Notes: a model not told the origin generated them from the letters alone. Shown: positions 9,089 through 19,742, numbered from the stretch's first letter. The stretch is 64,000 nucleotides of DNA from an uncultured candidate division Zixibacteria bacterium (GCA_963801605.1 CAWDFP010000006.1:1312001-1376000), one strand, 5' to 3'. Program-made: numbers and translations.

Positions 9089-10333
9089 ATGATTAAAGGT
9101 CAGATAAAAGAATATCTCGCTCATATACGGATGTTTTCCAAAAACGCCCGCTGGTTTTTATTCGCGTCGTTTTTTATGGGGTTCGGCTATTCCATCGTCT
9201 GGTTGCTTTTCAATCTTTATCTAAAACAACTTGGATACCAGGAAGGCACTATCGGCACTATCCTGTCGGCGTCATCTTTGGGGACAGTATTGATCGCCAT
9301 ACCGGCGGCGATAGTAGTGGATCATGTGAGGGTCAAACGAGTTTTGCTTCTGGCAACGGCTTTGAGCTCGTCGTCGTTTATTATGATGGCGCTTTCCAGC
9401 AGCGTTTGGCCGCTGCGCTTTTTCTCCGGCTTTTCGGGAGCGATGTTCACCGTGCATTCCGTGGCGATCTCACCATTTTTTATGCGCAATTCATCACCGC
9501 AGGAACGCTCTCATCTGTTCGGAGTTGATATGGCGATGGAGACCTTGTCGGGCTTCTTCGGCACTTTTATCGGAGGTTTCATTCCGAAATATCTGCTGTT
9601 GCAGGGAGTCTCGCTGCTTCATGGCTATCGCTTTACGATCATCGGCGGTGTAACTCTGGCATTGTGCTCGATTATTTTTTATGCAATGATAAAGTCAGAC
9701 AAACCGGCCCGCACAGGACGACTTAAGTTATCGGAATATTTCGGCTCGCGAGACTGGAAGACCATCATTAAGCTGGTTACTCCGCATTTTCTGGTTGGCA
9801 TGGGCGCTGGACTGGTGATACCGTTTCTGAATCTGTACTTTTTCGATCGCTTTCACTTGCAGTCCGATCAAATCGGACGAATCTTTTCGTTCGGATCACT
9901 ATTTACCGCCGTGGGGTTTCTGCTGGGACCAGTGCTGGCCAAACGAATCGGGCTGATCAAGACTGTCGTGGTTACCCAGTTTCTATCGATTCCGTTTTTC
10001 CTGATTTTGGCTTTCTCGCACAATCTGGCGCTCTCGATTGTCGGTTTCCTTTTCCGGGGATGCTTGATGAACCTGGCTTGGCCGATGTACAATAATTTCG
10101 CCATGGAGATGGTGCCTGAGGATCAGCAGGCTGGAACCAATTCGGTTTTGTCGCTGGCCTGGAGCGCCTCCTGGATGGTCTCGGCTAATATCGGCGGACA
10201 TATCATTCAGAACTACGGCTTTACTGTGGTGATGGTAGTTACTGTGGCGCTGTATCTGACATCTACCACTTTTGCCTGGATGCTGTTCCGTCACAAGAAA
10301 ATGATGGGGCGGGCAACCGCGCCTCTTAAATAG
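9089..10333 (+). CDS. MFS transporter
   Basis: 414 aa, about 12 hydrophobic segments, motif-A-like VDHVRVKR and LAKRIGLIK. Confidence 0.9.
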   Translation: MIKGQIKEYLAHIRMFSKNARWFLFASFFMGFGYSIVWLLFNLYLKQLGYQEGTIGTILSASSLGTVLIAIPAAIVVDHVRVKRVLLLATALSSSSFIMMALSSSVWPLRFFSGFSGAMFTVHSVAISPFFMRNSSPQERSHLFGVDMAMETLSGFFGTFIGGFIPKYLLLQGVSLLHGYRFTIIGGVTLALCSIIFYAMIKSDKPARTGRLKLSEYFGSRDWKTIIKLVTPHFLVGMGAGLVIPFLNLYFFDRFHLQSDQIGRIFSFGSLFTAVGFLLGPVLAKRIGLIKTVVVTQFLSIPFFLILAFSHNLALSIVGFLFRGCLMNLAWPMYNNFAMEMVPEDQQAGTNSVLSLAWSASWMVSANIGGHIIQNYGFTVVMVVTVALYLTSTTFAWMLFRHKKMMGRATAPLK

Positions 10334-10608
10334 CTTGATATTTCCGATATAGCGATCGGAAAGGGGATCAAGACAAGCATTATTGATGTGATCTTTTTGG
10401 GATCAATAATACGGTCATGGAATATGCTTTAGATAACCCCCTGAAACCTTATTTCATTTTCAAGAGTATATTAATTAAATGGGAAAAATAAACCCACAAT
10501 ATCGAGTCGCCCCCTTCAGGGCGGCTCAAGTTCTTTATGCAATCCTCTTCAATTTTGGCATATCAGTTAGGATACAAACGGTTTGATATCATAGAAATCA
10601 GGTGGCCT

Positions 10609-11533
10609 TTGAGCCAATTAAATCAAGTCGAGGAAGTAGAACAAATAAATAGCGAGCTATTAAAGAGCAATATCGCCGCGTATACGCGCCGAGCCGGGCG
10701 CGAAGCATCTGGCAGCTGGTAAACTCGATGGTTCCTTTTGCGTTGCTATGGGTTGCGGCAACTATGCCCTGCAGTACTCATTCTGGCTGGCATTGCCGGT
10801 AACACTTCTGGCCAGCGGCTTTTTGGTGCGGATCTTTATAATTTTTCACGATTGCGGGCATCAGTCATTTTTCAGGTCGCGCAAAGCCAACGACTTCTGG
10901 GGGCGAATCACAGGAGTGATAACATTTACACCCTACCACTACTGGAGCATAAATCACGCCAAGCATCACGAAACGTCGGGCAATCTCGATCAACGCGGCT
11001 TTGGAGATGTCTGGACCATGACAGTCGCCGAGTATAACCGTGCCCCTCTCAAGTTGCGCCTCAAGTACCGGCTGTTCCGCCATCCGTTGGTAATGCTTCT
11101 TCTGGGACCGCTCTTTATTTCGCTCATTACCAACCGGATCGCCAAGGGTAAGCCGGATAGACGGGAGATAATCAGTGTCTATGGCACCGACCTGGTCATC
11201 ATAGCAATCGGGACCGCGTTTAGCCTGATCATGGGGCTGAAATCCTATCTCATCATTCAAGCGCTGACATTGCTGGTCGGCCTGGTCGGCGGGATCTGGC
11301 TGTTCTATGTCCAGCATCAGTTTGAAGGTGTTTACTGGGCCCGCGAAGGCGAGTGGGATTTTATCGCTGCGTCTCTAAAGGGAGGTTCATTCTACAAACT
11401 TCCGAAATTGCTCAACTGGTTTACCGGAAACATCGGGTACCATCATGTGCATCATTTGATGACCCGAATCCCCAACTACAATCTGAGCAGATCAAGTAAG
11501 ACCAACGTATGGCGTTATCATCATTGCCGATAA
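10609..11533 (+). pseudogene. Fatty acid desaturase, frameshifted at the 5' end and truncated at the 3' end
   Basis: His boxes HDCGH, HAKHH, HHVHH; N-terminus (SIWQLVNS) in other frames; family-like sequence stops after RIPNYNL at ~11490. Confidence 0.75.
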
Positions 11534-11963
11534 TCCTGAATATGATGCCATGCACCAGGAAATCCAGGGGCTGGCGGCCGCGAAAATAATCCCCGATTTG
11601 AGGTTGCCTATTATAGTATAACCGTCACCGAGAAAATAGCTGTGCGAGGTAAAAATTACAAAGAACAGAACAAGAATGATCCCAATCGCAAGAAAGATGA
11701 CCCTTGACTGTTTTATTGATAATGATTCGACTAAGTTATTAAGAGCCTGACCAACCTTTTTCTCTACATTAGGGATACAAAGGGCAAATAGAATGAATAA
11801 AAAGAAAAGCCTTATCGAAATTGGGAAAATCCTTACGGAATCTAGACCCCCACAGCAGCCATTGAGGGTTAAATGAGGCTATTACAGATATTATCGCCAG
11901 GACTAAAATAATTATATTTATCCTTATAGCGTTATTCGAAAATTCTGTATAATCGGGCTTCAT
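11481..11963 (-). pseudogene. 5' fragment of a polytopic membrane protein, frameshifted and truncated
   Basis: Frames join as MKPDY..LLWG.. / ..FTSHSYFLGDGY.. / ..QPLDFLVHGIIF..WSYLICS and then run into the desaturase. Confidence 0.5.
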
Positions 11964-12000
11964 TAGTATGAATATACAATCCGCTCATTGATTATTCCAA

Positions 12001-12030
12001 TTGCAATTATAATTTCTGTGCGCCTATAAT
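12001..12030 (+). promoter_or_regulatory. Sigma70-type promoter, probably giving a leaderless MTase mRNA
   Basis: TTGCAA-N18-TATAAT with ATG 7 nt downstream and no RBS. Confidence 0.55.
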
Positions 12031-12037
12031 TTCCCCG

Positions 12038-12985
12038 ATGAAATCGCGCGCCCCCAAAAACAGAACCATTTCGCTCTCAAATACCGACCGCAAGCGGTTA
12101 TCAAATAAATTGATTTGCCCCTATTATGCCGAAACGAAAATAATTCCGCTCAATTCGACTATCCTTGGCGATTACACGCAGATAGTCCCCTTTATGCCTC
12201 AATCAAGCGTTGATTTGATGATTCTCGATCCACCCTATAACCTAAATAAAACCTTCAACGGGAATTCCTTTAAGCGGCGCTCCGTAGATGATTATACAAG
12301 TTATCTAAAAGAAGTCCTGGAGGCATTGATCCCCCTGCTCAAACCCACCGCGACCGTTTATATCTGCGGGGATTGGCTGAGTTCGGCGTCAATCTTTGCG
12401 GCGGCGTCAGAGTTGCTTGTTGTCAGGAACCGCCTCACCTGGGAACGGGAGAAGGGGAGAGGCGCCTCCAAAAACTGGAAAAATTCGTCCGAGGATATCT
12501 GGTTTTGCACGGTGTCGGATAGATACACTTTCAATATCAAAGATGTAAAATTGCGCCGAAAGGTTCTTGCGCCTTATCGCTCTAATGATGGCGCGCCGAA
12601 AGACTGGAATGAAACCGCATCCGGCAACTTCCGCGATACGGCGCCGTCCAATATTTGGACCGATATTACAATCCCGTTTTGGTCGATGCCTGAAAACACC
12701 GATCATCCCACCCAAAAGAGCGAAAAGCTGATCGCCAGGCTAATTCTGGCATCGAGCAATCGCGGCGATCTCGTGTTCGATCCCTTTCTCGGGAGCGGAA
12801 CAACATCGGTAACAGCCAAAAAGCTTGGACGAAAATATCTTGGTATCGAAATCGAGAAGGAGTTCTGTCTCCTCGCGGAGAAACGGTTGGAATTGGCTGA
12901 CGGCGAACCTTCAATTCAAGGATATACATCAGGAATTTTCTGGGAACGCAATACGTATTCCGAACAGACTAATATAAAACGATAG
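12038..12985 (+). CDS. Site-specific DNA methyltransferase (N6-A/N4-C, beta class), orphan in this window
   Basis: DPPY precedes HPTQK and DPFLGSGTT. Confidence 0.92.
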   Translation: MKSRAPKNRTISLSNTDRKRLSNKLICPYYAETKIIPLNSTILGDYTQIVPFMPQSSVDLMILDPPYNLNKTFNGNSFKRRSVDDYTSYLKEVLEALIPLLKPTATVYICGDWLSSASIFAAASELLVVRNRLTWEREKGRGASKNWKNSSEDIWFCTVSDRYTFNIKDVKLRRKVLAPYRSNDGAPKDWNETASGNFRDTAPSNIWTDITIPFWSMPENTDHPTQKSEKLIARLILASSNRGDLVFDPFLGSGTTSVTAKKLGRKYLGIEIEKEFCLLAEKRLELADGEPSIQGYTSGIFWERNTYSEQTNIKR

Positions 12986-13026
12986 TATTAAATTACCTTT
13001 TCTGCGCTTTGATTATAAAAATAATA

Positions 13027-13056
13027 ATGGCGCCATGTCTTGCGACATCGCGCCAT
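13027..13056 (-). terminator. Probable intrinsic terminator
   Basis: ATGGCGCCATGTC-TTGC-GACATCGCGCCAT hairpin, T-rich tail on the minus strand. Confidence 0.55.
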
Positions 13057-13097
13057 CTGCTTTTCGACAGTCATTACTGCCGGATTCGCCCTAATGC

Positions 13098-13376
13098 TTA
13101 ATAACGGGAACGGCCCATATTGCTGCGGTTCTCGGTGCGTGGACGAGCCTCGCTGACATTAAGAGAGCGGCCATTAAGCTCTTTGCCGTTCAAACCGGCA
13201 ATAGCGGCTTCGCCTTCGGCCTTTGAGGACATTTCCACAAATCCGAAACCCTTGGAATCGCCACTGAACTTATCCTTGATAATATTGACTGATACGATCT
13301 GGCCGTGGGCTTCAAATGCCGTGCGAAGATCGCCTTCCGCTGTGTCGCGGGATAGATTGCCGATGTATAATTTCAT
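13098..13376 (-). CDS. RRM RNA-binding protein
   Basis: RNP2 LYIGNL and RNP1 KGFGFVEM. Confidence 0.95.
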   Translation of the reverse strand: MKLYIGNLSRDTAEGDLRTAFEAHGQIVSVNIIKDKFSGDSKGFGFVEMSSKAEGEAAIAGLNGKELNGRSLNVSEARPRTENRSNMGRSRY

Positions 13377-13772
13377 CGTTTCTCCTTTTTCTCGCTACTT
13401 GTTGCCCTGGGGGAGACTTTGGCAAGAATGAATGATTCATGCGCACAATCGCGCTTTTGTCTCCAGATTAATATTTTGACAAGGGCTGATAATTCAAGTC
13501 TTGAGAAAACTTAAGGCGGAGATATGTTTACATCGATTAGTGTAGCAAATAATTCCTCGAATGTCAATAAATATCGCGATATAACCTGTATCGTGTTGCT
13601 GTGATACCGTTTATGGTAATGTGATTTTTTTAAGATTTAACATATTCGGTTGGCAATTTTTTGTTTAATGCCTAAATATATGATTTTAATAAAATTTTAA
13701 TCCAATCGTTTTCATAAATAAATAAGCCCCTACCGTGAGATAGGGGCCTTAAATTTTGTATGTATTTCTGTA

Positions 13773-13982
13773 TTAATTTAGTCTGAGCACATTCTGGGCC
13801 TGAAGTCCCTTGGGGCCTTCAGCTAATTCAAATTGTACTTCCTCTCCCTCTGCGAGCGATTTAAAACCATCACCCTTGATCGATGTGTAGTGGACGAAGA
13901 TGTCTTGTTCGCTCTCATTTTGTCGAATGAACCCGTATCCCTTTTTACTGTTAAACCACTTAACTTTACCCACATTAGCCAA
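13773..13982 (-). CDS. cspA: Cold-shock protein
   Basis: GKVKWFN, KGYGFI, DIFVHY; TTG start after AGGAGG. Confidence 0.93.
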   Translation of the reverse strand: MANVGKVKWFNSKKGYGFIRQNESEQDIFVHYTSIKGDGFKSLAEGEEVQFELAEGPKGLQAQNVLRLN

Positions 13983-14180
13983 TAGGATACCTCCTTATCA
14001 AGAATTTCTTGGTTAATACTGTCAAAGATTCTCGAATTTCCCGGAGCATTGTCAAGTGACGGCATCATGCCAAAATACAATTATATAATATAGTAGATAA
14101 ATAGGTCAGTCAAGGGAAATCTGCATTTTGTTATAGTTTTTATTAGCATTGCCTCCCCCCCAAGTTTGCGCTTTTTTTTC

Positions 14181-14212
14181 AAATGAATCCCAAATGAACC
14201 GGAAATGATACC
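14181..14212 (+). promoter_or_regulatory. Three helically phased direct repeats
   Basis: AAATGA at 14181, 14192 and 14203 (11-bp period) upstream of the regulator pair. Confidence 0.5.
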
Positions 14213-14256
14213 TTTCGCCGCTCAAATCCGCCATCTATTAAGGCAAAAACGGAGGC

Positions 14257-14751
14257 GTGATGGCCAGAATTGATTATGTTGAACCTGAAGTCTTACAGTC
14301 ACTTATCTCGCTTGAAACGGCACCGGTTGATCCCCGGTTGAAAGCCGAAGTCGAAAAGGCTTTGGCACAGCTTCCAGAGCATCTGCAGGAACTTGTAATT
14401 GCCCGAATTTATCAGGGCAAGACCCTTAATCAGATTATGCGACTTAACAATCTTCCGCGGGAATTGGTCATTTCGGAACTCAAGGAAGCCATGCGCCAAC
14501 TTCGATTGCTCCTGGCCGATTTTGTTCGCAATCGTTGGAATATCGAAATAGGCCCGATTTGCAGGATCTGTGTTCATCCACAACGCGAAAATATCAATCG
14601 AATGCTCAGAAATAAACCGGATTCCCAATCCTGGGGATTATTTGGAAAACATTTGCGGCGCGAAATTGGAGAGAATATCGGTCCCCCGAGGGTTTTTATT
14701 ACTCATCTGAATCATATTGAAAGGAGTAGAAATGACTATGCGGGCAGATAA
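14257..14751 (+). CDS. Sigma70 region-4-like HTH protein fused to a CxxC...HxxH domain
   Basis: EVEKALAQLPEHLQELVIARIYQGKTLNQI..LKEAMRQLR; CRICVHPQR...HLNH; GGAGG RBS. Confidence 0.7.
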   Translation: MMARIDYVEPEVLQSLISLETAPVDPRLKAEVEKALAQLPEHLQELVIARIYQGKTLNQIMRLNNLPRELVISELKEAMRQLRLLLADFVRNRWNIEIGPICRICVHPQRENINRMLRNKPDSQSWGLFGKHLRREIGENIGPPRVFITHLNHIERSRNDYAGR

Positions 14752-14962
14752 GCATCACGTTCAAATCCGCCTATCGATGCAGACCAAAAAGGAACTCCGC
14801 GACGCCTCCAAACACTTGGAATTGACGGAATCGGATGTTATGCGAAGCGCCCTGTTTTTCGGATTGCCGATCGTGGTCGCTATGAACGAATTGCAGGGGG
14901 AATTGATAAAACGTCTGGTTAAGAAACTGAAGGGTGAGGCGCGAATTCACCGATCCGGCTGA
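14732..14962 (+). CDS. Ribbon-helix-helix-like small DNA-binding protein
   Basis: VQIRLSMQTKKELRDASKHLELTESDVMRSAL; AAGGAG before ATG 14732. Confidence 0.65.
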   Translation: MTMRADKHHVQIRLSMQTKKELRDASKHLELTESDVMRSALFFGLPIVVAMNELQGELIKRLVKKLKGEARIHRSG

Positions 14963-15519
14963 CACGCGAAATTATTGCGCCGGCCCGGTTCATTTCGTCT
15001 ATTGCCGCTGCCGAATCGCCCGCTTTGACCTCAACTCCCATGATAGCATCGGCAAGTAAAACGACCTTGAATCCGTTGGCAAGAGCGTCTAGTGTGGTGG
15101 CCTTGACGCAGTAATCTGTTGCCAGGCCGCCGATGAAAAGACGCTCCACGCCGGCGTCCCTCAACATTTTGGCCAATTTCGTTCGCTGGAAACCGGAATA
15201 AGCTTCTTTGTCCGGATCGCTGCCTTTTTTGATCTGAGTTGCTTTCCCGATTTTCAAGCCGGGATGCAACTGCGATCCTCTGGTTCCGGCTACGCAGTGC
15301 GACGGCCAAATGCCCCCCTGCTCTTTGAACGATATGTGGTTTGCGGGATGCCAATCCTGCGTGGCGTAGATATGTTTAAAATATGGCTACGAGAGCATTT
15401 AGGCTCTCTATTATCGAATCCCCTCCGGGAACCGGCAGGGCCCCGCCGGGACAAAAATCGTTTTGGACATCGACAATGACCAGCGCGTCCTTTTCCTTAT
15501 CGATTTTAATCTCATTCAT
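14919..15519 (-). CDS. pncA: Nicotinamidase/pyrazinamidase, one frameshift near 15390
   Basis: ALVIVDVQNDFCPGGAL, QDWHP, WPSHCV, KG..EAYSGF, GLATDYCV. Confidence 0.88.
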
Positions 15520-15717
15520 GTCATATTAAATTGCGTTCGCCCGAAAACTGTTCCCTCGATTTATCATTACGATAAGATAGGAGTATAATGGATTAATGAT
15601 ACATGTGGGATGCTCTGCAATTTCGATTGCAGATTCTATTCCGGGCCGATATATTTCCGGTAGGAATTTCGAACTATGAGAAATAATTTAAATAGATTCA
15701 AAAAGATGGAGCCGATA

Positions 15718-16893
15718 ATGAAAAAAGCAGCAATTCTAATGCTCGCTCTTTTGGCTTTGGTTCAAGTGGCGTCCGCAGTGGAGTTCACCGGTTCTTATGC
15801 CGATGTCAAAGCTCAGGCCATCACCCAGGGAAAGCCAATCCTGATCGATTTCTTCGCCGAATGGTGAAGCGCCTGCAAGCAGTTCGCTGGTGCAGTGAAC
15901 TCAAATGCCGAGATTCAAAAAGCGCTGGAACCGGTCATCCTTTACCGTGTGGATTGTGAAAAAGGCGCCGGTAGGGATTTGGCCAAAGAATTTAATATCA
16001 GGGCTTATCCCACATTTATCTTGGTTAATAAAGATGGGCAAATGCTGGATATTTGGCTGGGTTTCGAAAAGGCCAGTTTCATTAAAACTTTAGACGATGC
16101 CCGCACCGATCTTACCACAATCGAGGAGAAAAAGGCGCGTTATAAAGCCCTTCCCGATTTACGGTCGGCGGCAGTACTGGGCCGATATTCCTCGGCGATA
16201 GGCGAATATAAAGATGCGGTTAATTATTTTCGTAGGGCCTATGTGCTTTCAAGTGATACCAGGGCTGATTATGTTTTCGATATTTTTGAAAACACCGCCA
16301 GTGGCGCTAGAAAAAATATATTTACATACGACGATGTTTCCCAGGCAGCCGAGGCTATCATCAACGGACCGAAAAGAGATCCCTGGCAAGTCGTTCAGGT
16401 AATTACCGAGATGATCGGAATTGCTAAAAATCTCAATAAAACAGACGATGTCGCCAAGTATACTCAGGCCGGGCTTGACGCTACATCCGTAAGCGATGAT
16501 CCCGATATCAAAAACATGCACTCCGAGTTGATGGTTGAATTCGCATTATCTGTTAAGCATGATACCGCCACGGCAGTTGAATATAAAAAAGCGGCCATGC
16601 CGGATGGTTGGCAAACCGATGCCGGCAGGCTTAATGAATTTGCCTGGTGGTGTTTTGAGAATAAAACCAATCTTACCGAGGCCGAGCAACTTTCCCGCAA
16701 GTCAATCGAATTGGCCAAGCCGGGACGAGAAATATCGAATTGCTATGATACCTTAGCCGAAATTGTAAACGCTAAGGGCAATCCCAAAGAGGCGCTGGAA
16801 TTATCGAAGAAAGCCGTAACCGAGGATCCCTCGAATAAGTATTTCCCCACGCAGGTCGAACGGTTCCAAAAGGCCGTTACGCCATCGAAATAG
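15718..16893 (+). CDS. Exported thioredoxin-fold + TPR-like protein with probable selenocysteine (UxxC)
   Basis: Signal peptide; KPILIDFFAEW-TGA-SAC is in frame with the downstream ORF (cis-Pro motif AYPT). Confidence 0.85.
15882..15900 (+). promoter_or_regulatory. Bacterial SECIS-like hairpin
   Basis: GTTCGCT-GGTGC-AGTGAAC; loop starts with G about 21 nt after the UGA. Confidence 0.6.
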
Positions 16894-16911
16894 GATTTAT
16901 CTGATTGGTTT

Positions 16912-16941
16912 AAAGGCGGCCCGATTAGGCCGCCTTTTTTT
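16912..16941 (+). terminator. Intrinsic terminator
   Basis: AAAGGCGGCC-CGATTA-GGCCGCCTTTTTTT. Confidence 0.85.
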
Positions 16942-17046
16942 ATATTATGCCCCTGAATGAACGCTTTTTGAGTATTGAATCGATTACAGAAAAGGCCCCC
17001 TCTTTATTCTGGGCAGGCGTGGCGAATTTTTTGCGCCTCTCAATCT

Positions 17047-17589
17047 CTATTCTTTGGTTTGGCCTTCTTTGGCCATTCTTTTAATTTCCTTTTTTAAAGC
17101 TTTGGCGAAATTTTTGGCGGTGTTCTTAAATATTTGATTACCTTTAGTTGCCCAATCGCTGACCTCGGCGCTGAAATTTCCAGCAAAAATGGTATTATTA
17201 CTATCTGCCCTGTCTATAAGTCTCAAAGCTACTGTTAGCTTGGCGTTACCTACGCCAAAGCCGATAAAGAATCTGGCTACTCCACTGCCTCTCTTAAATT
17301 CTATAACGCTTCCATTGATTTCATAATCGACCTTATCGTCTTTGCTTATCATGGTAAAAATATCTTGAGTACTGAGTTGATAATCCAACTCAGTCTTTAG
17401 CATTTCTATTTCCTCGAGAGTGGGTTTTTTTTCGATATCCATATTAGCGGGTAATTCGTCTACGATACTGCCTATCGAACAAAATTTGGAAGCCTCAATT
17501 GGCGCTTGCAGGGGCTTTGTTATCACATAAGGTGTGCAGGATATAATAAAACAAAATACAACTGCGGCGCAGAATTTCGATATCGTCAT
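17047..17589 (-). CDS. Lipoprotein, DUF4410-like
   Basis: Lipobox IISC; GSGVARFFIGFGVG motif. Confidence 0.7.
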   Translation of the reverse strand: MTISKFCAAVVFCFIISCTPYVITKPLQAPIEASKFCSIGSIVDELPANMDIEKKPTLEEIEMLKTELDYQLSTQDIFTMISKDDKVDYEINGSVIEFKRGSGVARFFIGFGVGNAKLTVALRLIDRADSNNTIFAGNFSAEVSDWATKGNQIFKNTAKNFAKALKKEIKRMAKEGQTKE

Positions 17590-17630
17590 ACAATCCCTCC
17601 TTTAGATTGCGGTTCAAGATTTTACTTCAG

Positions 17631-18611
17631 CTAGAACATTGTGACAGCCCTTAGTTTCAAATCAAATATATAGCCATAGAATACTTCTGATTTGTGAGCG
17701 TTATTTCCTGATGAAACCGCCACTAAGTCCAAAGTAAAACCACAGTCGAGGCCCATTCTCTTTGAAAACATTTTTATTGCTCCGAATCCGAACATAAAGG
17801 CAAATTTGGAATTAGATTGACTATCGTTGATATTGCCGATCTGGCCCGTATTAATCTGTCTTACGGTGGCCTTCGTTGTGGTTGTATGCGTGATTATCCC
17901 TATTCCGCTCAATCCATACCACATACTCCTGGAATCCTGAATTCTGGAAAATGGCTGATGAAAATTGACAGCAGCCTCATAGCGCGTGGCATGAAAACCT
18001 AAATCCTCATTGAGAATTTGTATATTAGGATCATACGATATGAGATGCATCTTTTCGCTGATTCTCATTCCGGATCGTGAGACTATAAACTGCAAGGCTA
18101 CTTGATGACTCAATGCTAATCTAAAATCGCCTTCATAACCAACTCCGGATTTAATTCCGTCATAATAATCCCCCGCCGGGATGCTTAAATTGCCTCCAAT
18201 GGAAAATAAACCAACCCAGGACTTAGCCATCGCGGCTTTGTATTCGTTTGATTCGCGGGATACCCATTCTTCCTTCTGAGGCCTATAATACCCCTGCAGC
18301 ACTCTCGAGGTTACATCGCGTCCGCTTTGATCGGTTATTATTTTTATATCACTGAAGCTGACATTTATTTTTGACCCCTGATATTCAAGCAATACCGTTT
18401 TATAAAAATCGTTCACCTCGAATTTGACATCTTTATATTGCTCGCCGGACTTAAGTTCAAAAGTGGCAGTTTCGGAAGCTTGTATTAGGGAAACGGACGT
18501 TATTAACAATAAAATTAATGCAATTAAAACTCTAGGGGTAATTTTGGACGAAATTATCATTCGAACCTCCGCTGTTTTTCCCATTTTAAAATTGAACGAC
18601 TTGCGAGTCAA
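17631..18611 (-). CDS. Outer-membrane beta-barrel protein (start probably ~18560)
   Basis: Signal peptide, amphipathic strands, terminal Phe. Confidence 0.65.
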   Translation of the reverse strand: MTRKSFNFKMGKTAEVRMIISSKITPRVLIALILLLITSVSLIQASETATFELKSGEQYKDVKFEVNDFYKTVLLEYQGSKINVSFSDIKIITDQSGRDVTSRVLQGYYRPQKEEWVSRESNEYKAAMAKSWVGLFSIGGNLSIPAGDYYDGIKSGVGYEGDFRLALSHQVALQFIVSRSGMRISEKMHLISYDPNIQILNEDLGFHATRYEAAVNFHQPFSRIQDSRSMWYGLSGIGIITHTTTTKATVRQINTGQIGNINDSQSNSKFAFMFGFGAIKMFSKRMGLDCGFTLDLVAVSSGNNAHKSEVFYGYIFDLKLRAVTMF

Positions 18612-18798
18612 GTTAAATATGGAACCAATTCTGATAATCGAGACGTGTTTACCTCCCGATCGGGGGAAAGTATTATTGACATTTCTATAGAATCTATATT
18701 CATATTTATCCAGACTTTTATAGTCATGCTATGAAGAACGCAATAATAAACCGGGGCTTAATACAAACCCCGGTCATGTATTAGTATTGCATCTAAGA

Positions 18799-19359
18799 TT
18801 ATCTTTTTATCTTTTGAGTGGCTTGGCCGCTTACCAACGCATTTAACGTAATTCGTTCCTTTTTCACGGTAATGTCATGTTCGAGTGCAGTGACTCGAGA
18901 CCGAAGATTATTTACCTCGCGCCTGACCTCACGCTCGTGGATGGCTTTTTTAATTGCCAGGTCGATCTCATCGAGCTTAAAGGGTTTGAGAATATAATCG
19001 GAAGCTCCCATGCGAATCGCCCTAACGGATGAATCGAGAGTCGGAAATCCGGTCATCAGTATTGTTACTATATCAGGATTAATTTGGGTGATTTTCTCGA
19101 TCGTTTCGAGACCATCCATGCCCCGCATTTTCAAATCCACCAGCACAATGTCGCAGGGTGATTTTACCAACAACGAAATAGCATCCTCGCCGCTGCCCGC
19201 AGTTTGTACCTTATAATTTTCCCGTTTGAAATATTCATTAAGAAAATCAAGAACAAGATCGTCGTCATCGACAACCATCAGCGATGGTTTTTCAACATTT
19301 TCCACTCGCTGTTGATGTTCTATGGTATTTTTGGTTTTATAGGATGTATCTTGTGCCAT
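18799..19359 (-). CDS. Response regulator (receiver + coiled coil, no clear output domain)
   Basis: VVDDD, DLKM..MDG, MTG, GASDYILKPF. Confidence 0.9.
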   Translation of the reverse strand: MAQDTSYKTKNTIEHQQRVENVEKPSLMVVDDDDLVLDFLNEYFKRENYKVQTAGSGEDAISLLVKSPCDIVLVDLKMRGMDGLETIEKITQINPDIVTILMTGFPTLDSSVRAIRMGASDYILKPFKLDEIDLAIKKAIHEREVRREVNNLRSRVTALEHDITVKKERITLNALVSGQATQKIKR

Positions 19360-19742
19360 TTATCCCTCTTAAAAAAATGGTTTGACTGCCAGTCTGTCGC
19401 CTCTATTAAAGGCATCCATTAACATTATCGGAATATTTGACAAAAGATTTATGGGCTGAATTGAAAGTGACAGCCATCCTCGATCAAGGGGTAAATCGAT
19501 TATAAAGGTGTTTCCACGCTTAAAGTGACCACAAATAAACTTATATATGCCAGTTATGAGCATTTAATTAGACTTAGCTTTTTATGCATATCAAATAAAA
19601 TGAGTCTTTTAGAATGAAATTTGTTAAAAAAATAGGGCTGCGAATGTATCAATTCAACAGCCCTTATACTCAAAATACAATTATATTTTGTTCAGCGCCG
19701 CCAAGTATACTTGTAATTCCTGCTCCGACAGGCAAAAGTCAT

